Shown: positions 15,176-29,909 of the stretch, piece after piece | How positions within the stretch are numbered: the first letter of the stretch is position 1 | How the letters are laid out: every line of letters begins with the position of its first letter | Source of the DNA: Eledone cirrhosa | Taxonomy: Eukaryota | Length of the DNA stretch: 64,000 nucleotides | Direction: 5' to 3' | Assembly: GCA_964016885.1 (NCBI GenBank) | Contig: OZ024740.1 | Location: forward strand, 170,748,001-170,812,000 | Made by a program: the position numbers and the translations under genes | Notes under the pieces: generated by a model | Databases searched by the model: none | Seen by the model: only the letters and a program-made list of their open reading frames with translations | What the model was told of the DNA's origin: nothing

Positions 15176-15180
<5 letters not shown>
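14965..15180 (+). mobile_element. Penelope-like element fragment (RT C-terminus/linker) between (TA)n tracts
   Basis: Translates WFNPPHNAEVTTPIGKIFFRLLEKLFPLQHRL then ...RRCNCPD, matching the WFNPP...IG..F..L..K.FP and CNC motifs of GIY-YIG Penelope ORFs. Confidence 0.75.
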
Positions 15181-15216
<36 letters not shown>

Positions 15217-15409
15217 CGATTGGGGGGAGATGGGGGAAGGTAGGGACATAAAGAATGTTTATTGAGCTGTATGAAGTGGGATCTCGTCATCCATAATTGA
15301 AATTCTATGAGTAAACCAACGGAGATGAGAAGTACAATAATCAGACAAATACACAAATATTTTAGTTGTTATTTCATTTTATTTCGAACATTTCTATTTC
15401 TATTTACCG

Positions 15410-16130
15410 TCCCGCTGAAATTATATTTACCTTTCATCCTTGCAGGATCAATAAAGTACCAGTGATGTGCTGTTATCAATTTAATTGCTCCCCACCAAAA
15501 AAACATATATATACATATATATAATAATAATTGTTGGCCTTGTGCCTAAATCAGAATCCCTTTGCTTTCTGAGTTTAACCGAGGTTAACTTTGCCTTTCA
15601 TCCTTACGGGGTCGATAAAATAAAGTACCAGTAATGCACTGGGGTAGTTGCTGGCCTTGTGCCAAAAGTAGAAGCAATTATTATTATTACAACTATGGAG
15701 GTGAATTGGCAGAATTGTTAGAGTGTCGAAGAAAATGCTTTGTGGCATTCATTCCGGTTCATTACGTCGAGAGTTCAAATCCCGCCCAGTTCTACTTTGT
15801 CTTTCATCCTTTCGGGGTCGATAAAATCAAGTACCAGTCACGTACTGTGGTCAATATAAGGACTTTTCCCCACCCCACAAATTATTGGCCTTGTGCCTAA
15901 ATCAGAATCCAATATTATCATTATTACTTTGTCACGCAAGGGTGGTGGATTGGCAGTATCGGTAGAGGGTCGGACGCTATGCTTTCCAGCATAGTTACGT
16001 CCCTTTACGATCTGAGTTCAAATCCCGCCGAGGTTGACTTTGCCTTTCATCCTTACGGGGTCGATAAAATAAAGTACCAGTAATGCACTGGGTAATTGCT
16101 GGCCTTGTGCCTAAAGTAGAAACAATTATT
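15410..16130 (+). mobile_element. SINE cluster; last copy (15940-16124) has a 20-bp target-site duplication
   Basis: Four SINE cores; attattactttgtcacgcaa at 15920-15939 and 16125-16144. Confidence 0.85.
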
Positions 16131-16144
16131 ACTTTGTCACGCAA

Positions 16145-18200
16145 TGTAGATGGAAAAGACACAGGAGTATTTAGTCATCGGTCAAGTCGCAACACAGACC
16201 CCTGACAATACTCTCCTTAAAATATGCGCAGTGCCAAGCAAGGCTGATTTTTGTATGACACCAATCTTGCATGGTATTTGAAACTGCTTAAAGAAGTCTT
16301 GGAGTTTCTATGCGATTGACCTTAATGCCTCATTCATAACTGGTATCACTTTCACATCACTCTCTCGCATTCGAAACAGTAAAGTCCATTTTCAATTTGG
16401 AGTACTTAGTGTTTTATTTGTCATTTGGTATAGCTACGAAAATGTCCGGGTAGTGGGATTCAATTACTCTATCAATTTGAAAATCATAATCTCAGAATAT
16501 CGTAGTTTTCCCATCCTCTTGCATTACTTTGCTAGTCTCATGCTCATACCAATTCTTTATTACTTTGTGCTGCTACTTACGGCATAACAGCCAATAAAGT
16601 TACAAACAGACTTTATCATGGCGGCGCTTGTATTCTTTTTGCGCAAAGCCCTCAAATCCACCTACTAAGTGGGTTACATTTTCCACATTCTTTCCACAGC
16701 GTTTGAATTTCTGTCAGAAGTTGTAGATGCTATTCTTCACCGAAATGGTAGCAAGACCTTGATCTTGTGCTGCAATTATAATGTATTCGATGGGAGGCTT
16801 CAAATCACTTTGCTTAAGCCATGTTGACGATGTTGTTTTATCATTGATATCCAGTGTATTTCTTTCAAACTTTGATATGCTGTGCATTTCTTTCAAACTG
16901 CCCATACATTCTCATTTTCAGAAGATATTCGTTTCTCTTCCCTTCAACTCTTTGGTTAAACACCTCCTCACCAACCATTTCATCTGCATATATTTTCTGT
17001 TGCATATTGCAACAACTCTTCGTCCCTGTTTTCCAAATACTCTGCAAGCGTTCTCTTTTCCCTCCTTACACAATGATCGACACTGATGAGAATGCTATCA
17101 CCATTGTTACACTTCATATACAATCTGTTTATATTTACTTCAGGGTACGAAGTTCCGTGCAATTTTATTATCGTTCTCGTCTTTCTATCTAAATCTGCTA
17201 TTTCTTCTTAAGTCCACCTGAGAATGGACACACTATATCTAAACACTGCAACTGTCCAGATATACATTGCAGCGATTAGATTTCTCGCATTCAGGTTGGA
17301 ATTTAAAAATCAATTTTTACTCTTTGTAAATATGTCTCTAAACTTTCATTGCTGCATTAAAATCTCATCCAGTTCTAATATCCCCAAACACTTGTATCAC
17401 CTATCTTCTGGTTCCTCCCTGTTTTCTCCCGATGGCAGCCATAATCCATTGCTGGCTGGAAATGTCAAATTCCATACCGATGTCACTCTACATATCTGGA
17501 CTGTTCTAACCGAAGAATTTGTCAGGTTTTGAAATTTCTCAAACAGTTTCAGGTCATCCATAAACAGACGATGGCTTATGAATGTTTCTTTCTTTCCACA
17601 TTGGTAATACATTCTAACTTTCCTAAGTGTCAGTGTCATAGGTATAAGTGCTATGACAAATAGTAATGGTGAAAATGAGTCACATTGGAAGATACTCCTT
17701 TTATTTTTTTACTTCTCCAAGGAACACATTGCGCGAGACAAGCTTGGTCTGCCACTCTAGCATACTAGTCAGAAAAATAATTGCTTTGTTGCTAGCAGTA
17801 CCAAATATCTGCAAACATTCAACAATCCACAAATGAGGTACCATATATGCTTTCTTAAAGTCAATCCAAATCATATACATGCTGGTGTGATGTTTTTACA
17901 ATGCCTTAAAACTGTCTTATCGATCACCAGGTGATACATGGTATCCTGAGATCTCCCTCTATACTCTTTTGTTCCCTTGATAATATCCATTTCTGAAAAA
18001 GAAAAGTATATGCCTTCTCCACAAATATTCAGATAAATACCTTCCAAATTATGTTCAGCCATGCTGCTATAGGACGGTAGACGGTAGATTGCCACAACAC
18101 TCCCCTTACTTCTATTTCATATTATAAGCGTTGTACTTCTCGTTACCATATAAGAGGTCAAGAGATATTTGTGCTGATATTGACTCTTGATTAACTGCTA
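16145..18200 (-). mobile_element. Decayed R4/Dong-like non-LTR retrotransposon (RT + restriction-like endonuclease)
   Basis: Minus frames: SHRLFMDDLKLF (RT), IIAAQDQGLAT, ENVTHL..G...AQKEYKRRHDKV, QKSALLGTAHILRRVLS. Confidence 0.8.
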
Positions 18201-18229
18201 TGTTTGCGACATATTAGAAGCGGGTGGTG

Positions 18230-18800
18230 ACCGAGGAAGTGACACACAACAAAATATTACCATTTGAGGTCGGCATTCACCTCCAGGTCCTAAAGATCCA
18301 GAGAGCTACACAGCTATATTAGAGTTAACATAACTGTAGGAGCAGTAAGAATGTCAATCAGACAAGTGATGCAACTCAGATACTACATGTGTGAGTGTAC
18401 AAACCATTTGTGCGCCTCCTACTCAGGAAAATGTGAGCGAAAAATAGGAGAAGAATGACAGAGAGCAGGTAAAGTATCAAAAAGAGCATGCTCCTGAAGT
18501 TTTAATTGTAAGGTGAAATACTACGGCCCATGCTGCTTCTACAACATCAACAATACTTGCATTCAGAATAACAGGAACGATAATAGAAACATAAAAGGAA
18601 ATCCATATTTTTAGTGCCATCAACACCAAGGACTTAGAAATGTGGAAGGAATTTCGTCCATAGAGCAGAGAAGATCTGAGCAGTAAATCTAAATATCGTT
18701 TTACGGCATCGTGGAAGGTATGGTTCATGGAGAAAAATGGAGAACCGTCTGGAAAACAGAAAAGGAAATAAACACTTTTTCACGGTATCTAACCAGATTC
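18230..18800 (+). mobile_element. Highly decayed CR1/L2-like LINE fragment
   Basis: VYKPFVRLLL near 18396 resembles the LYKSLVRPHLEY motif; remainder weak. Confidence 0.3.
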
Positions 18801-18924
18801 TTCTTCGTTGGGAATCATGGATTCTATGATTCTCAACTGTAAAGATATGTACCTCCAATTGAACCTTGGAATCCATCAATAATGTGTGTCTTTGTGTGCT
18901 GTGTGTGTGCATAGACATGCACGC

Positions 18925-19046
<122 letters not shown>

Positions 19047-19047
19047 C

Positions 19048-19087
<40 letters not shown>

Positions 19088-20221
19088 CAGGATGGGGAAT
19101 ATGTTTGGAAGCAAATAAAAATGTTTTAAACAACAAAACTGCTAACTTTATTAACCAGCAAAATATATGTAATTATACATAAATATCATTAGAGTATAAT
19201 GTATAGAGTTTATTTAAATGACCTCATCGTGCAGCAATAACAGCTAACTTCCATCGAACATCTTTCACCGAAGCACGCAACATTTCTTGGGGAATTTATT
19301 TTCACTCGCTCGGTAAAGATGCTTTTAATTCATCGACTGTTTTATGGACTTTTGAACAGGATTTTTGTTCAAGGATAGATTATACCAAAAAGTCCATCAG
19401 GCTAACAAATAAGCAACGTTTCTTTTGACGAGAACCTCGGAAGATGGTCATTGCACCAAGCTTGTGTAATATTTGCTGTATTACAGATAATCATTGCCAA
19501 AATGATTAGATGCTGAAGCAAGCATAGGCTCTAGATTGGGAGCTGATTTTTGTCCTTTCTTCCACAAAAATTAGAGGAGACTGCTGATGCATTCTTTCCA
19601 ATGACTCGATCATTTGTTTGGTTGTGTTTCTGCTCAACAGTGAAAATATTTTCATCTGATCAGATAATTTCCTCCGCCATGCCACGTTTCATTTCTTTAA
19701 GCAAATTCTTGCTCCTCTGTAGCCTTTTTTTGTTTTGTCTTTTCAGAAAGAGTTTGGTTCTTCTGAAGGGCGAAGGAAAACATTCCCAAGACATCATTGA
19801 TGACCTTTCTCATTGCCCTATGTTTTACTCGTCACTCTTTTGCCGTTTTTCTCATGGGCCTTTTCGGATTTCTTCTTATCCTTTCTTAAACAGCTTTAAT
19901 GAGAGTAGGCGTCCATTTAGTTCGCGTTCCTCCACTTCTGAATCTATCTGAAAAATCCCCATGCTCCACAGTTTTCCAGATAGTAAATCTTGCGAATGTA
20001 ACTTTGCAGTATCCGAATCTGTCCTCCTTGCACGATGAAGTTTGAGTGTCATTCCTCTATTGGATTACATTTTCAAATTCTTTAAGAAATTCATACAAAT
20101 TCCAATATGTTTATATAGACTAATGTTTTCAGATGAAAGTAAAAGATGATTAATGATATACTTACAACACTTTTAGAAATCAAATTTCAAAAATTTGCTT
20201 CAGAAATAATGTCCCACCCTG
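19088..20221 (-). mobile_element. Tc1/mariner-superfamily transposon relic with TIRs and TA target duplication
   Basis: TA|CAGGATGGGGAATATGTTTGGAAGCAAAT on the left matches the reverse complement of the right end TA|CAGGGTGGGACATTATTTCTGAAGCAAAT; broken transposase EII*SDENIFTVEQKHNQTNDRV...IPQEMLRASV (maT/DD37D-like). Confidence 0.8.
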
Positions 20222-20487
20222 TACATTTGTTTTCAAATCGAAAATATCTTTATATTGACATATAGCTATCAATTAGAAATGCATGTTGGTCCATGATAAC
20301 CGGTTGATACACAAAGAAGATTATTCTCCATAGAGGAGATAATACGAATATTGGATTTTACCAAGGATAATTTTTGTCTATATAATTGTTGCGTGTAATA
20401 GCACATTGCGGTTTTAATCATCTTGTCACTTCGGAATAGAGCTTCTACTTAAAGTATATATACATATATACATATATATACATATAT

Positions 20488-20607
<120 letters not shown>

Positions 20608-22490
20608 GAATTGTTTGAAGCAGTCACGAAAGTACTCAATGGTGTAAAGGTTAATACGTTTTCACCCAGAGTAATACACATACTAACAGGCTGGTGGTTA
20701 TTTTTTTAGATCTGAACCTTTCTTCTATATGCCTGTCTATTCTCCATGCTCTTATGATGTGTTTTTTCCAAGTTCAACACCAGACTTGTAAGAATTCGTA
20801 GTTAAAACCACACAAAACCTGTTTATGTTATGTATGCCATACTTTGTGGGATACTACGTTAGTACTAATAACTAATAACAACTAATAACAACTAGTAACA
20901 CTGAGTGGGCCATTTCGTATTTTATCGAGTGGCTCATTCGATTAAAGTGACTACTTTTCAAGTTTGTTATCCGATGAAATAAATGATGAATTAGTACTGG
21001 GATCAAATTTAATTTTAACATTTCTGCAATATTATAAATCAGTGTGTACTGAAATTGATGTTTTATCTTTCGTTTCTGGTGTATCTGTATATCCACCATA
21101 TTAACTCATTTGTATAAAAGGCAGAAATAGTAGAGCGCCATACAACGTGTGTTGTGGTATTTTTTATAGCATACGTGTTGCTCCCAATTCCTTTCATCCT
21201 TCCGGGGTCGATAACATGCAATACCTGTTACGTCCTTGGTCAATATAATCGATTATTTCACAGCCCCAAAATTTCTTGCCTTGTGCATGTGTTATAAATT
21301 ATTACTTCCTTTGAAATGTTGACATGCGTGGGAGCCACAACTATGCGTTTAATAAACACATTGTCTTATTCTTTCTTTCTTTTTTTTTTTTTGTAATTTT
21401 CGATCTAATACATCCTTTTCAAGGGGAGTAGATTTGAAGGATACGAACGGAAAAACTGCTCAAACCACAGTCCCAGTCAATGTCTACAATCTTTCTATGA
21501 CCGTTGTAGAAATATTCAGAAATCAGTAACGGTTACATTTGTAATTTTCTATCAGTCTGACCTCTGATTATTATGTAACAATAGAGTTTCTTCTATTTTA
21601 CGTACTAATGCGTTTTATTTCTTTTAATATAAGTATGGATTTAAACTGTTCTTTATTTTAAATGTTGCTTTACATCTCCATGTACTTTACATTGCCATAT
21701 TATAACGGGGTTTAAAAGCTTGTCATAGAAATGATTTTACAAGCTAATATTCAATTATATCTTATAGCATTTTCGCTAGTTCTGTAAAAAAAAAAAAACC
21801 TTCTCCTTTATTGTAATATCTGTGTATATTTCCTTTCAGTTTACTTTTCTGTGTTTCCTAAAGATATTTCTAGCGTTGTTTCAGTGACAACCTATCCATT
21901 TCACTCGGCTTAAAGTTAACAGCCAGAGTATTTGTCAATTATATTTTCTTTTTAGTCTTTTCATTTTGTCACCTTTCAGAAATACTTCAATGATATTTGT
22001 TTCTGTTCATATCAGCACTGTGAATGTGTTTTCTCGCAAATGAAGTTAAAATATTAATCTCTCGCATTGAAATCCTGCGTTTTCTGGCTTATTTTAGACT
22101 TAGTGCTTTTTGTTATAACGACATTTTGGAAATATAGGGAGGAGTTCTGTTTCTCAGCATGAAAGTATGCGTTTTGTCACTTACTTCATCGTTCGGTTGG
22201 CATTCAATTCGTGTCCATCCCATTTGTATATCAACCATATTGTCCTACAAAGTGAATAATGAGGGCCCATGATGTTAGTCTAAAGGAGACTTGTCACAAT
22301 CTCAAGTCAAATGAACGAGTAAGAGTTCTCTAGCTCCTAAATAGTTGACTTTCTGAGATTACCTTAGCGGAAATATGGTGCTTTGCCGCATTTCTTCTCA
22401 CTGAAATGTATTCGATGTTATTGGCACTAAAATGTTTGACATTTTGGAATATTTTTCCTACTGTGATTCTGATTAGCCATAAATGTTAAC

Positions 22491-22589
<99 letters not shown>

Positions 22590-22598
22590 GTATGTATG

Positions 22599-22661
<63 letters not shown>

Positions 22662-22807
22662 TGGATTTTACTTGTCTGCAGTGCTGATTCATTGGAATAA
22701 GTGACAAATGAAACAACAAACGGGAAACTGGGATTACACGGTTGAATATCTTTAAGAATTTAGGTTGTCACATTGTCATTATCATCATCATTATTGCCAT
22801 CATCTTC

Positions 22808-23015
22808 GAGGCAATGAGGTCACTTGACTTGCTAGAAATAGCAGCAAAACATTTACCTCAAATCTCACATTAACGTCTTTAAAAAGAATGGACATCTTGA
22901 ATAATATAGTCAAAAAAGATAAACTATTCCTGAAAAAAGCGTTGGATGATGGCGATGGCTGGAAAGACTTTGATTAGGAGTATGCTCAATAAGGATTGCC
23001 CTTAGACTAAACAGC
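22808..23015 (+). mobile_element. Second dispersed SINE-like family, copy
   Basis: ggtcacttgacttgctagaaatagcagc...atggctggaaag...ctaaaca; related pieces at 6965, 9130, 14240, 47580 and 61463. Confidence 0.55.
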
Positions 23016-23832
23016 GACTATGAAGGTCAACAACATTACGTGATATGCCTTTCATATATTTTATCTGAAAGTGTTTCTTAGTTCTGAGCTTCACCTCTTC
23101 AACTTATTTTAGATTTCTCTTGAGAAAAACAGATAGAGATATCAACAGAATAAACTATTTCAGAGAATATTCAAATATGAGCACAGGCTAACAGACTTAT
23201 TCGAACTGAATTCCACAGAGATGGCACATCACCCCAAAACAAAAAGAAATATATATAGAGACAAAAACAAAATTCTATCTGTACAAATACACACAAATAC
23301 ATTGCAATATTTTCTATATAATTACTTTCGCTTATTCATTGTCAAACGTAGAGAATTGAATGTAAATTGAATGTAAATCGGCCGGGTGCCCCGAAAACGA
23401 TAAACGGAAAAAATGATTAACCCACCCGATTAACCCACTCGATATGCAAATTGGGCTACTCAGCGTTAATATGCATAAGGTAAGTATATACGTTCAACAA
23501 TCTGGCAGGAAGGTATACGTTGCTGACGATAGCTAATAAGCTTGAAACTAGTACAGCGTTCCTTTGTCAGTGTTGAACAAACGAGCAACGATGGTTGCTA
23601 GACACTACGGCTTAATACGGGATGTTTGTTTACAAACACACCGAGAATTATAATAAATGTTCGGTGAATCCATACTTACATATATATATGTGTGCATGTA
23701 TGTATATATATATACATACTACTGTTCGTCTGTATACATATATGTATGTACGTGTACATACTTATATTTAAGTAACAGCCGTACTAAGAGTGGGAAATGA
23801 AATTTCGTTCCATTTTTTCCGTTTATATATAT

Positions 23833-24437
23833 ATGGTGGCTGCCAACTCGTTTTGGAGTACGGTCACCACTTTATATCCATGTAGGAGCCTCTACCGATG
23901 CGCTAAACAAGTGTGACTTTTTAGTTCAGCCAGCGACTTGAAAACTCTGGTACAAACACTACACCTGTGACACTTATTGACACATAGTGCTTGGCCCATG
24001 GCACCATGTGATGACAAGTGCAGAGAGATCTCCAGATATAAAGCAATGCCTGTGCCGTAAAGCTTTTATAGTGAGCAAAGACACTGCACAAAGCCAGTCC
24101 CACTCTCTTAACCAAGATGATATTTACCAAAAAGAAGAACAAGTCAACATCATTGGATACCATCAGGGTTGCAGGTGTTATATCAGAGTTTTCCTTCTCC
24201 TAGAATTCTACCGTGACAAAGGCTAAGGGGTCATCTCTCCCGGTGATTTTGGATGGCCATTGACTTTTAAGAGCTCCTTTGCCCTTTGACAGGTTTTGTT
24301 TTTAGTCCTGCAGGACGTCCAAAGTCACCCTCCTCACCAAGAAACCTTGGTGGGGTTGCCAGTTTAGTCGCCAACGACCCGACCATGAGACAGGTTGTAC
24401 TGGGATACATGTTACCAGTAGCACCAACTGGTGACCT

Positions 24438-24440
<3 letters not shown>
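23833..24440 (-). mobile_element. Non-autonomous RTE-derived (bipartite) retroelement
   Basis: 3' part nearly identical to the zinc-finger-encoding LINE tail at 61130-61310 and to 36661-36898; 5' part has ctaggagaaggaaaactctgat, an RTE 5'UTR-type motif from recall. Confidence 0.65.
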
Positions 24441-24493
<53 letters not shown>

Positions 24494-24589
24494 TAGATAC
24501 ATACATTCATACATACATACATACATACATACATACATACATACATACATACATACATACATACATACATACATACATACATACATACA

Positions 24590-24840
24590 TACCCATCATT
24601 ATTGGTGCTACGGGTTATATACCAACCCGCTTGGACCAAATTATGACTGAACTTGGATTTGCGGACAAAAAGCGCAGCTCCCTAATTCATAGTCTACAAA
24701 TGGCTGCGATAGCTGGCACCTTCAAAATTTGCAAAACATTCTTGCGATTCAAGGGATGACAATTTCTTTTCTTTTACAACCTTGCCACCAGGAAGGTGGC
24801 CGGTCAAAAAAATATACTCGAAATTAAGAGAAAGAGAAAA
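24590..24840 (+). mobile_element. 3' end of an RLE-type (R4/Dong/NeSL-like) retrotransposon within (CATA)n
   Basis: [12 protein letters not shown]...[21 protein letters not shown] plus short 3'UTR, with (CATA)n on both sides. Confidence 0.7.
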
Positions 24841-25545
24841 CATACATACATACATACATACATACATACATACATACATACATACATACATACATACATA
24901 CATACATACATACATACATACACACATACATACATGCATATACATACATACATGGGCGTGTGGGTGTGTACAAGGTCGATTTCAAATAGACGATCTAACA
25001 AGGCAAACAAATACAGATTCATATGCTCAGACACACACAACAAAAAGATACAAACACACACACGCACACAGATGCTTATATGTGTGTGCGCGTGTGTATG
25101 TGTGTATGTGTACATGTGTGTGTGTGTGTGTGTGTGCCTGTGTGTGCCAGGCTAGAGAGAGAGCTAGAAAGTTTGTATATGTATATAAGAGGTCTGGCAG
25201 ACAAAGGTAAGATGTACTGATGCTCACACACAAATAGAGAAAGTTAATGAAAGAATAAAGAGAGGAATGAATTTAGGAGAAAGTCACAAACAAAATCAAG
25301 CATGCAGACAGAGCCCTAGAGAGAAGATCGCTGAGGGATATAGACCGAGAAATAGCCATGCAGCCATATGGACACAGATATAAAGATATAGGAACAGAGT
25401 TGCAAGCAGGCATTCTGTGAACCATTACATTGCGACAAATATTTATAAACATATAGAAAGACAGATCTAGGGAGAGAATAATACACAGTGGCTGTATCAC
25501 ATACTCAAACACACACTCAAATAGTCGTACATATGTGGATGTATG

Positions 25546-25661
<116 letters not shown>

Positions 25662-25763
25662 TGTGTGTCTGTGTGTCTGTGTGTATGTGCATAAATGTAT
25701 GTATACACCCCCCATTTTTATATTTTGTGTGCGTGTATATATAGATTGCTGGATATATATATG

Positions 25764-25827
<64 letters not shown>

Positions 25828-25894
25828 TGTTTGCATGCATGTATCTATGTATGTATAGAGGATAGATGAATATATATATATATATATATATATA

Positions 25895-26031
25895 ACGAAG
25901 GAAATGTGGTAAGGAACCAAGTGGACCATAACGCACCAAAGTACTCAATACTTAGGGTAGTAGAGTGGGTAATAGGAACAAGTAAGACCCCGACGGCTGA
26001 GCTCAAGCCGTTTCGACGGCTAATTATATAT
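25895..26031 (-). mobile_element. Short pLTR-like insertion with about 45-bp flanking duplication and the 3' half of an HHR
   Basis: catgtttgcatgcatgtatctatgtatgtatagaggatagatgaa on both sides; minus strand GAAA-cggc-ttgagctca-gccg-TC. Confidence 0.55.
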
Positions 26032-26073
26032 ACATGTTTGCATGCATGTATCTATGTATGTATAGAGGATAGA

Positions 26074-26159
<86 letters not shown>

Positions 26160-26168
26160 ACACAATAT

Positions 26169-26210
<42 letters not shown>

Positions 26211-26497
26211 TGGGAGAAACACAGACATATTGATTGCGGCAGAAAGATGGGCGTATTCAGCGACTAACGTCATTTGAAAAGGAATAATTTATATGGCTGA
26301 CTAAATACATACGTGTTTTAATCAAAAGTGTTTTTTTTTTCATCTTCGCACTCGCTATCTTTCACAATCATCCTTGATTTCTCATTATATATTCTGATGA
26401 AGGACTAGAGTCTGAAACATTAAGTCTCTTTTCCTACTCTATCAGGTCTTAAGCAAATATGAACTATGTCGTTTGCTTTGCTATTTCTGTTTAATTT

Positions 26498-26613
<116 letters not shown>

Positions 26614-28225
26614 AAGTGAGATATAGAGAGAGGAAGAGAGAGAGAATTGGAAGGAGAGATTGGTAATGAAAGACAGAAGCCCTCTAAAATAGTCAAAGTC
26701 AATCAGATTGAGAGACAGGGATAGACACACATAGAGAAAAGCAGATACAGATATAGACAGGCTCATATAGACATGTAATTTCAGGGGGGGGGGGGGATAG
26801 AAAATTGAAACTTCATCAGTTTGACGATGAGTACTTTGAGCTGTTTCATAAACTAAACTACCAACTGTAGCATAATTGACTGAGTATTCCATTGTTAATG
26901 TACTCCTGGGAAAACATTACATAATACAGTGTGTTTACAAGGATGATCACTTAACTTATATGTACAGCCAATCCGGCGGCTTTCCATATTTCTGTCTAAC
27001 CTCCAAATAAATCTTGGATTTCACCACAATTGCAAATATATTTTGATATTATGCCCATGCCTAATTTTTCGTTTCTTCGTACGTAGATATAGCCAGATAA
27101 CGTTCAAACATAATCTTTAAATATGACAGTGTTCCCAGTGAACATTATGTCACTGATAGAACATTAATTATCTTATGAGACTTTTGCCTTTCCCCAAAAC
27201 TGTAAATTGTCTATGGGCGTTCTATGAAACCAAATATTAAGGAATGAATTCCCCGAAAATTTCACACAAAAAGTATCAATTCTTTTGCGACTTAAATTTT
27301 TATTCAAGAAGTGAAAAACATTGAGCATGGTATTTCAGAATGCAGCAGGATTCTCTCATACAATGTTTCGTTACTCATCACAAGAGTACCTAAGCCCCAA
27401 TCTTTAAGAGAGATATTACTTCTGATCGTGCATGAAGTGCTTGGGACTATTGTCACGACAATTCCTGTTAATAATGACACAATGACTCGACCTAGGAATG
27501 AAATCGACATTATCTTCAAACTCATTCATATATTTCAGTGTTTTGAGTTTACCATGTAAGTAGACAAGTCAACAGTTGTGGACAGTGAAATCTTGATGTT
27601 GATATCTATTCGATTTTTCAATGAAAGTCCTCAAACTTGTAAATTCTGTGAGCTGACAGAACTATTAAGGCAATGGATTAAAAATCCATTCGTATTTGTC
27701 CCGGCTCACTGTCTTTTGAGTTCAAATCCCAATGAGATGAACTTTGCTTTTCATTCATTCTAAACATAGTTGATTACACATTCAACTGTTTATTGAAATA
27801 TAAACTGTGTCTATATATACCACACATAGACTTTTGTACAGACTTATTCACACGTATGTATGATGTATGCAAACTTATGACATTTTATGATTTTTTAATG
27901 TCAATTGTAAACTTAAATATTGAAAATCCTATTCCGTCCTCCAGTATTTCAAAACACACACTATCTTCCTTAGATTCTCTCTCAGTCCATCCAAGGGTTA
28001 AAATGGGCAATACTGTCGAACTTAAAAAGTGTTGGTAAATCCAGAGATTTCTGTTTATCTACCTGTGTGTGTGTGTTTTTTGTGGGGTGGGGTGGGGGGG
28101 CTATCTATCGAAATGTTTATATATATATATATGTATGTATGTGTGCATGTATGTATGCATATATATGTGTATGTGTGCGTGTGTGCATGTGGATGTATAT
28201 CTATGTATGTATGCAATTATGGATA

Positions 28226-28303
28226 CAGGGTGTCCCCCAAAAATGTATACATACTTCAACAGCATTCTGATAAATATGTGTATACATTTTTGGGGACACC
28301 CTG
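28226..28303. mobile_element. Tc1/mariner-type MITE (78 bp)
   Basis: TA|CAGGGTGTCCCCCAAAAATGTATACA...TGTATACATTTTTGGGGACACCCTG|TA. Confidence 0.85.
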
Positions 28304-29352
28304 TATATGTATGCGTGTGCCTGTTTTTATGGATGTATGTATACTTTTCAGAGTTTCTTTCTAACATTTTTCGCCAACAGAGAAAGCCAGCTTTCAACCC
28401 AGAAACATGTCTATCTTGCATGTATTTCGATTTGTTTATGTCTTTCTTTGAGATGCATTTAAGTTCCTGTTTACAGAATTCAAGCTGGTTATCAAAAAAA
28501 AAGTGACAATTTATTTTGTTTGAGTCAAGTGAGTTTCAGAGTTTTTTAAATATGTGAGTCGGTTAGTCACGTATTTAATATTCAAAAGGTACGAAACTAA
28601 TGTTATAGTTCGGGTGGAAATTCTGAAGTTGTTTTCATTGCCTTTCATTTTTAACATTATTTAAACCATCGTTGGACAATTGATTTTCTACTAATATGGA
28701 CACTTTTATTTTTCTATTCCAGATCATTATGTATGATTTGTTGTGGCTACATTTTAGAGAGGTTTTCACAGGAACATTCCACCAGCACTCATTCATATGA
28801 TTAGTAAGTATGCCCTTCACATCACTGTAACTTCATATAGTTTAATAAATTTTTATCTTCCGACATATTATTGAATTTTATATTTTGTCTACTATATCAT
28901 GCCTCATCTATATTAATTATGATGAGGACCGTTTGGACAACTCATTAGGATGTGGGTAACATCATCTGTGCTGATTCTACAAATTCTGCATCTAGGTGTT
29001 TTACATGCATTCGTATTCCTTTAGAGTAACAGATATTTTTATGTTAATTGTTGTGTTGGCATTGCAAAAGCTTACTCTTCAAAGTGAAAACAAATATAAT
29101 TAGTTATTGATTTAATACTAATCTAGTTATGTACATTATATTCACTTTAAAGTTGGTCATGCGTCTCTTTATTCGCTTAAATAGAAAGCATTTCGTCTGG
29201 ATTTGATCTGATATAAAGTAGAGATGTACAACTCCCCTGAGTCTTTATCCTTGGTCATCAGATGGGATTTCTTTCAGTGGAGCTCTTTTCCAATACTCAT
29301 GGTGATATTTATCACATGTATATAAATAAAAATTAATAAAAAAAAAATTTAA

Positions 29353-29386
<34 letters not shown>

Positions 29387-29612
29387 TAAATGCTTACACA
29401 GATATATACAGACACTTACACATACACTGACGGCCACAAATCAGATAAGAAATTTGACAATGCCAACGTCGTGCTGGTCCCGGTCAGACAATTGTCTGGA
29501 ATCGAAAGTTCACAGTGAGAAACATGAGGACCGTCAGTGTAATAGAAATTGCCATTGTGTATAAAACATAATTTACCTCCCATACTCACACACATGTATA
29601 TACACACAAGCA

Positions 29613-29685
<73 letters not shown>

Positions 29686-29737
29686 CAAGGAGACGACAAA
29701 TCAGAGGTACAAAAAGTCATATTAGTTACATATACAT

Positions 29738-29812
<75 letters not shown>

Positions 29813-29853
29813 CGAAACATAAGTCAATTGCATGAACTCATAATCCTTTATTT

Positions 29854-29909
29854 ACTGCTATATATATTTCGATGATAGCCATTGAATGGCCATGACCTCA
29901 TCAGGCAGT
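29854..29909 (-). ncRNA. Type I hammerhead ribozyme in a (TA)n-flanked pLTR-like fragment (29808-29972)
   Basis: actgc-CTGATGA-ggtcatggccattcaatggctatcatc-GAAA-tatata-TA-gcagt; stems I and II pair, stem III is a palindrome. Confidence 0.85.

Noticed and set aside
21800-22420. Very old LINE RT fragment on the minus strand
   Set aside because: Only faint motif similarity; family and ends cannot be defined
26390-26435. HHR core CTGATGA-aggactagagtct-GAAA-cattaag-TC
   Set aside because: Stem I does not pair; probably decayed, so not listed as functional
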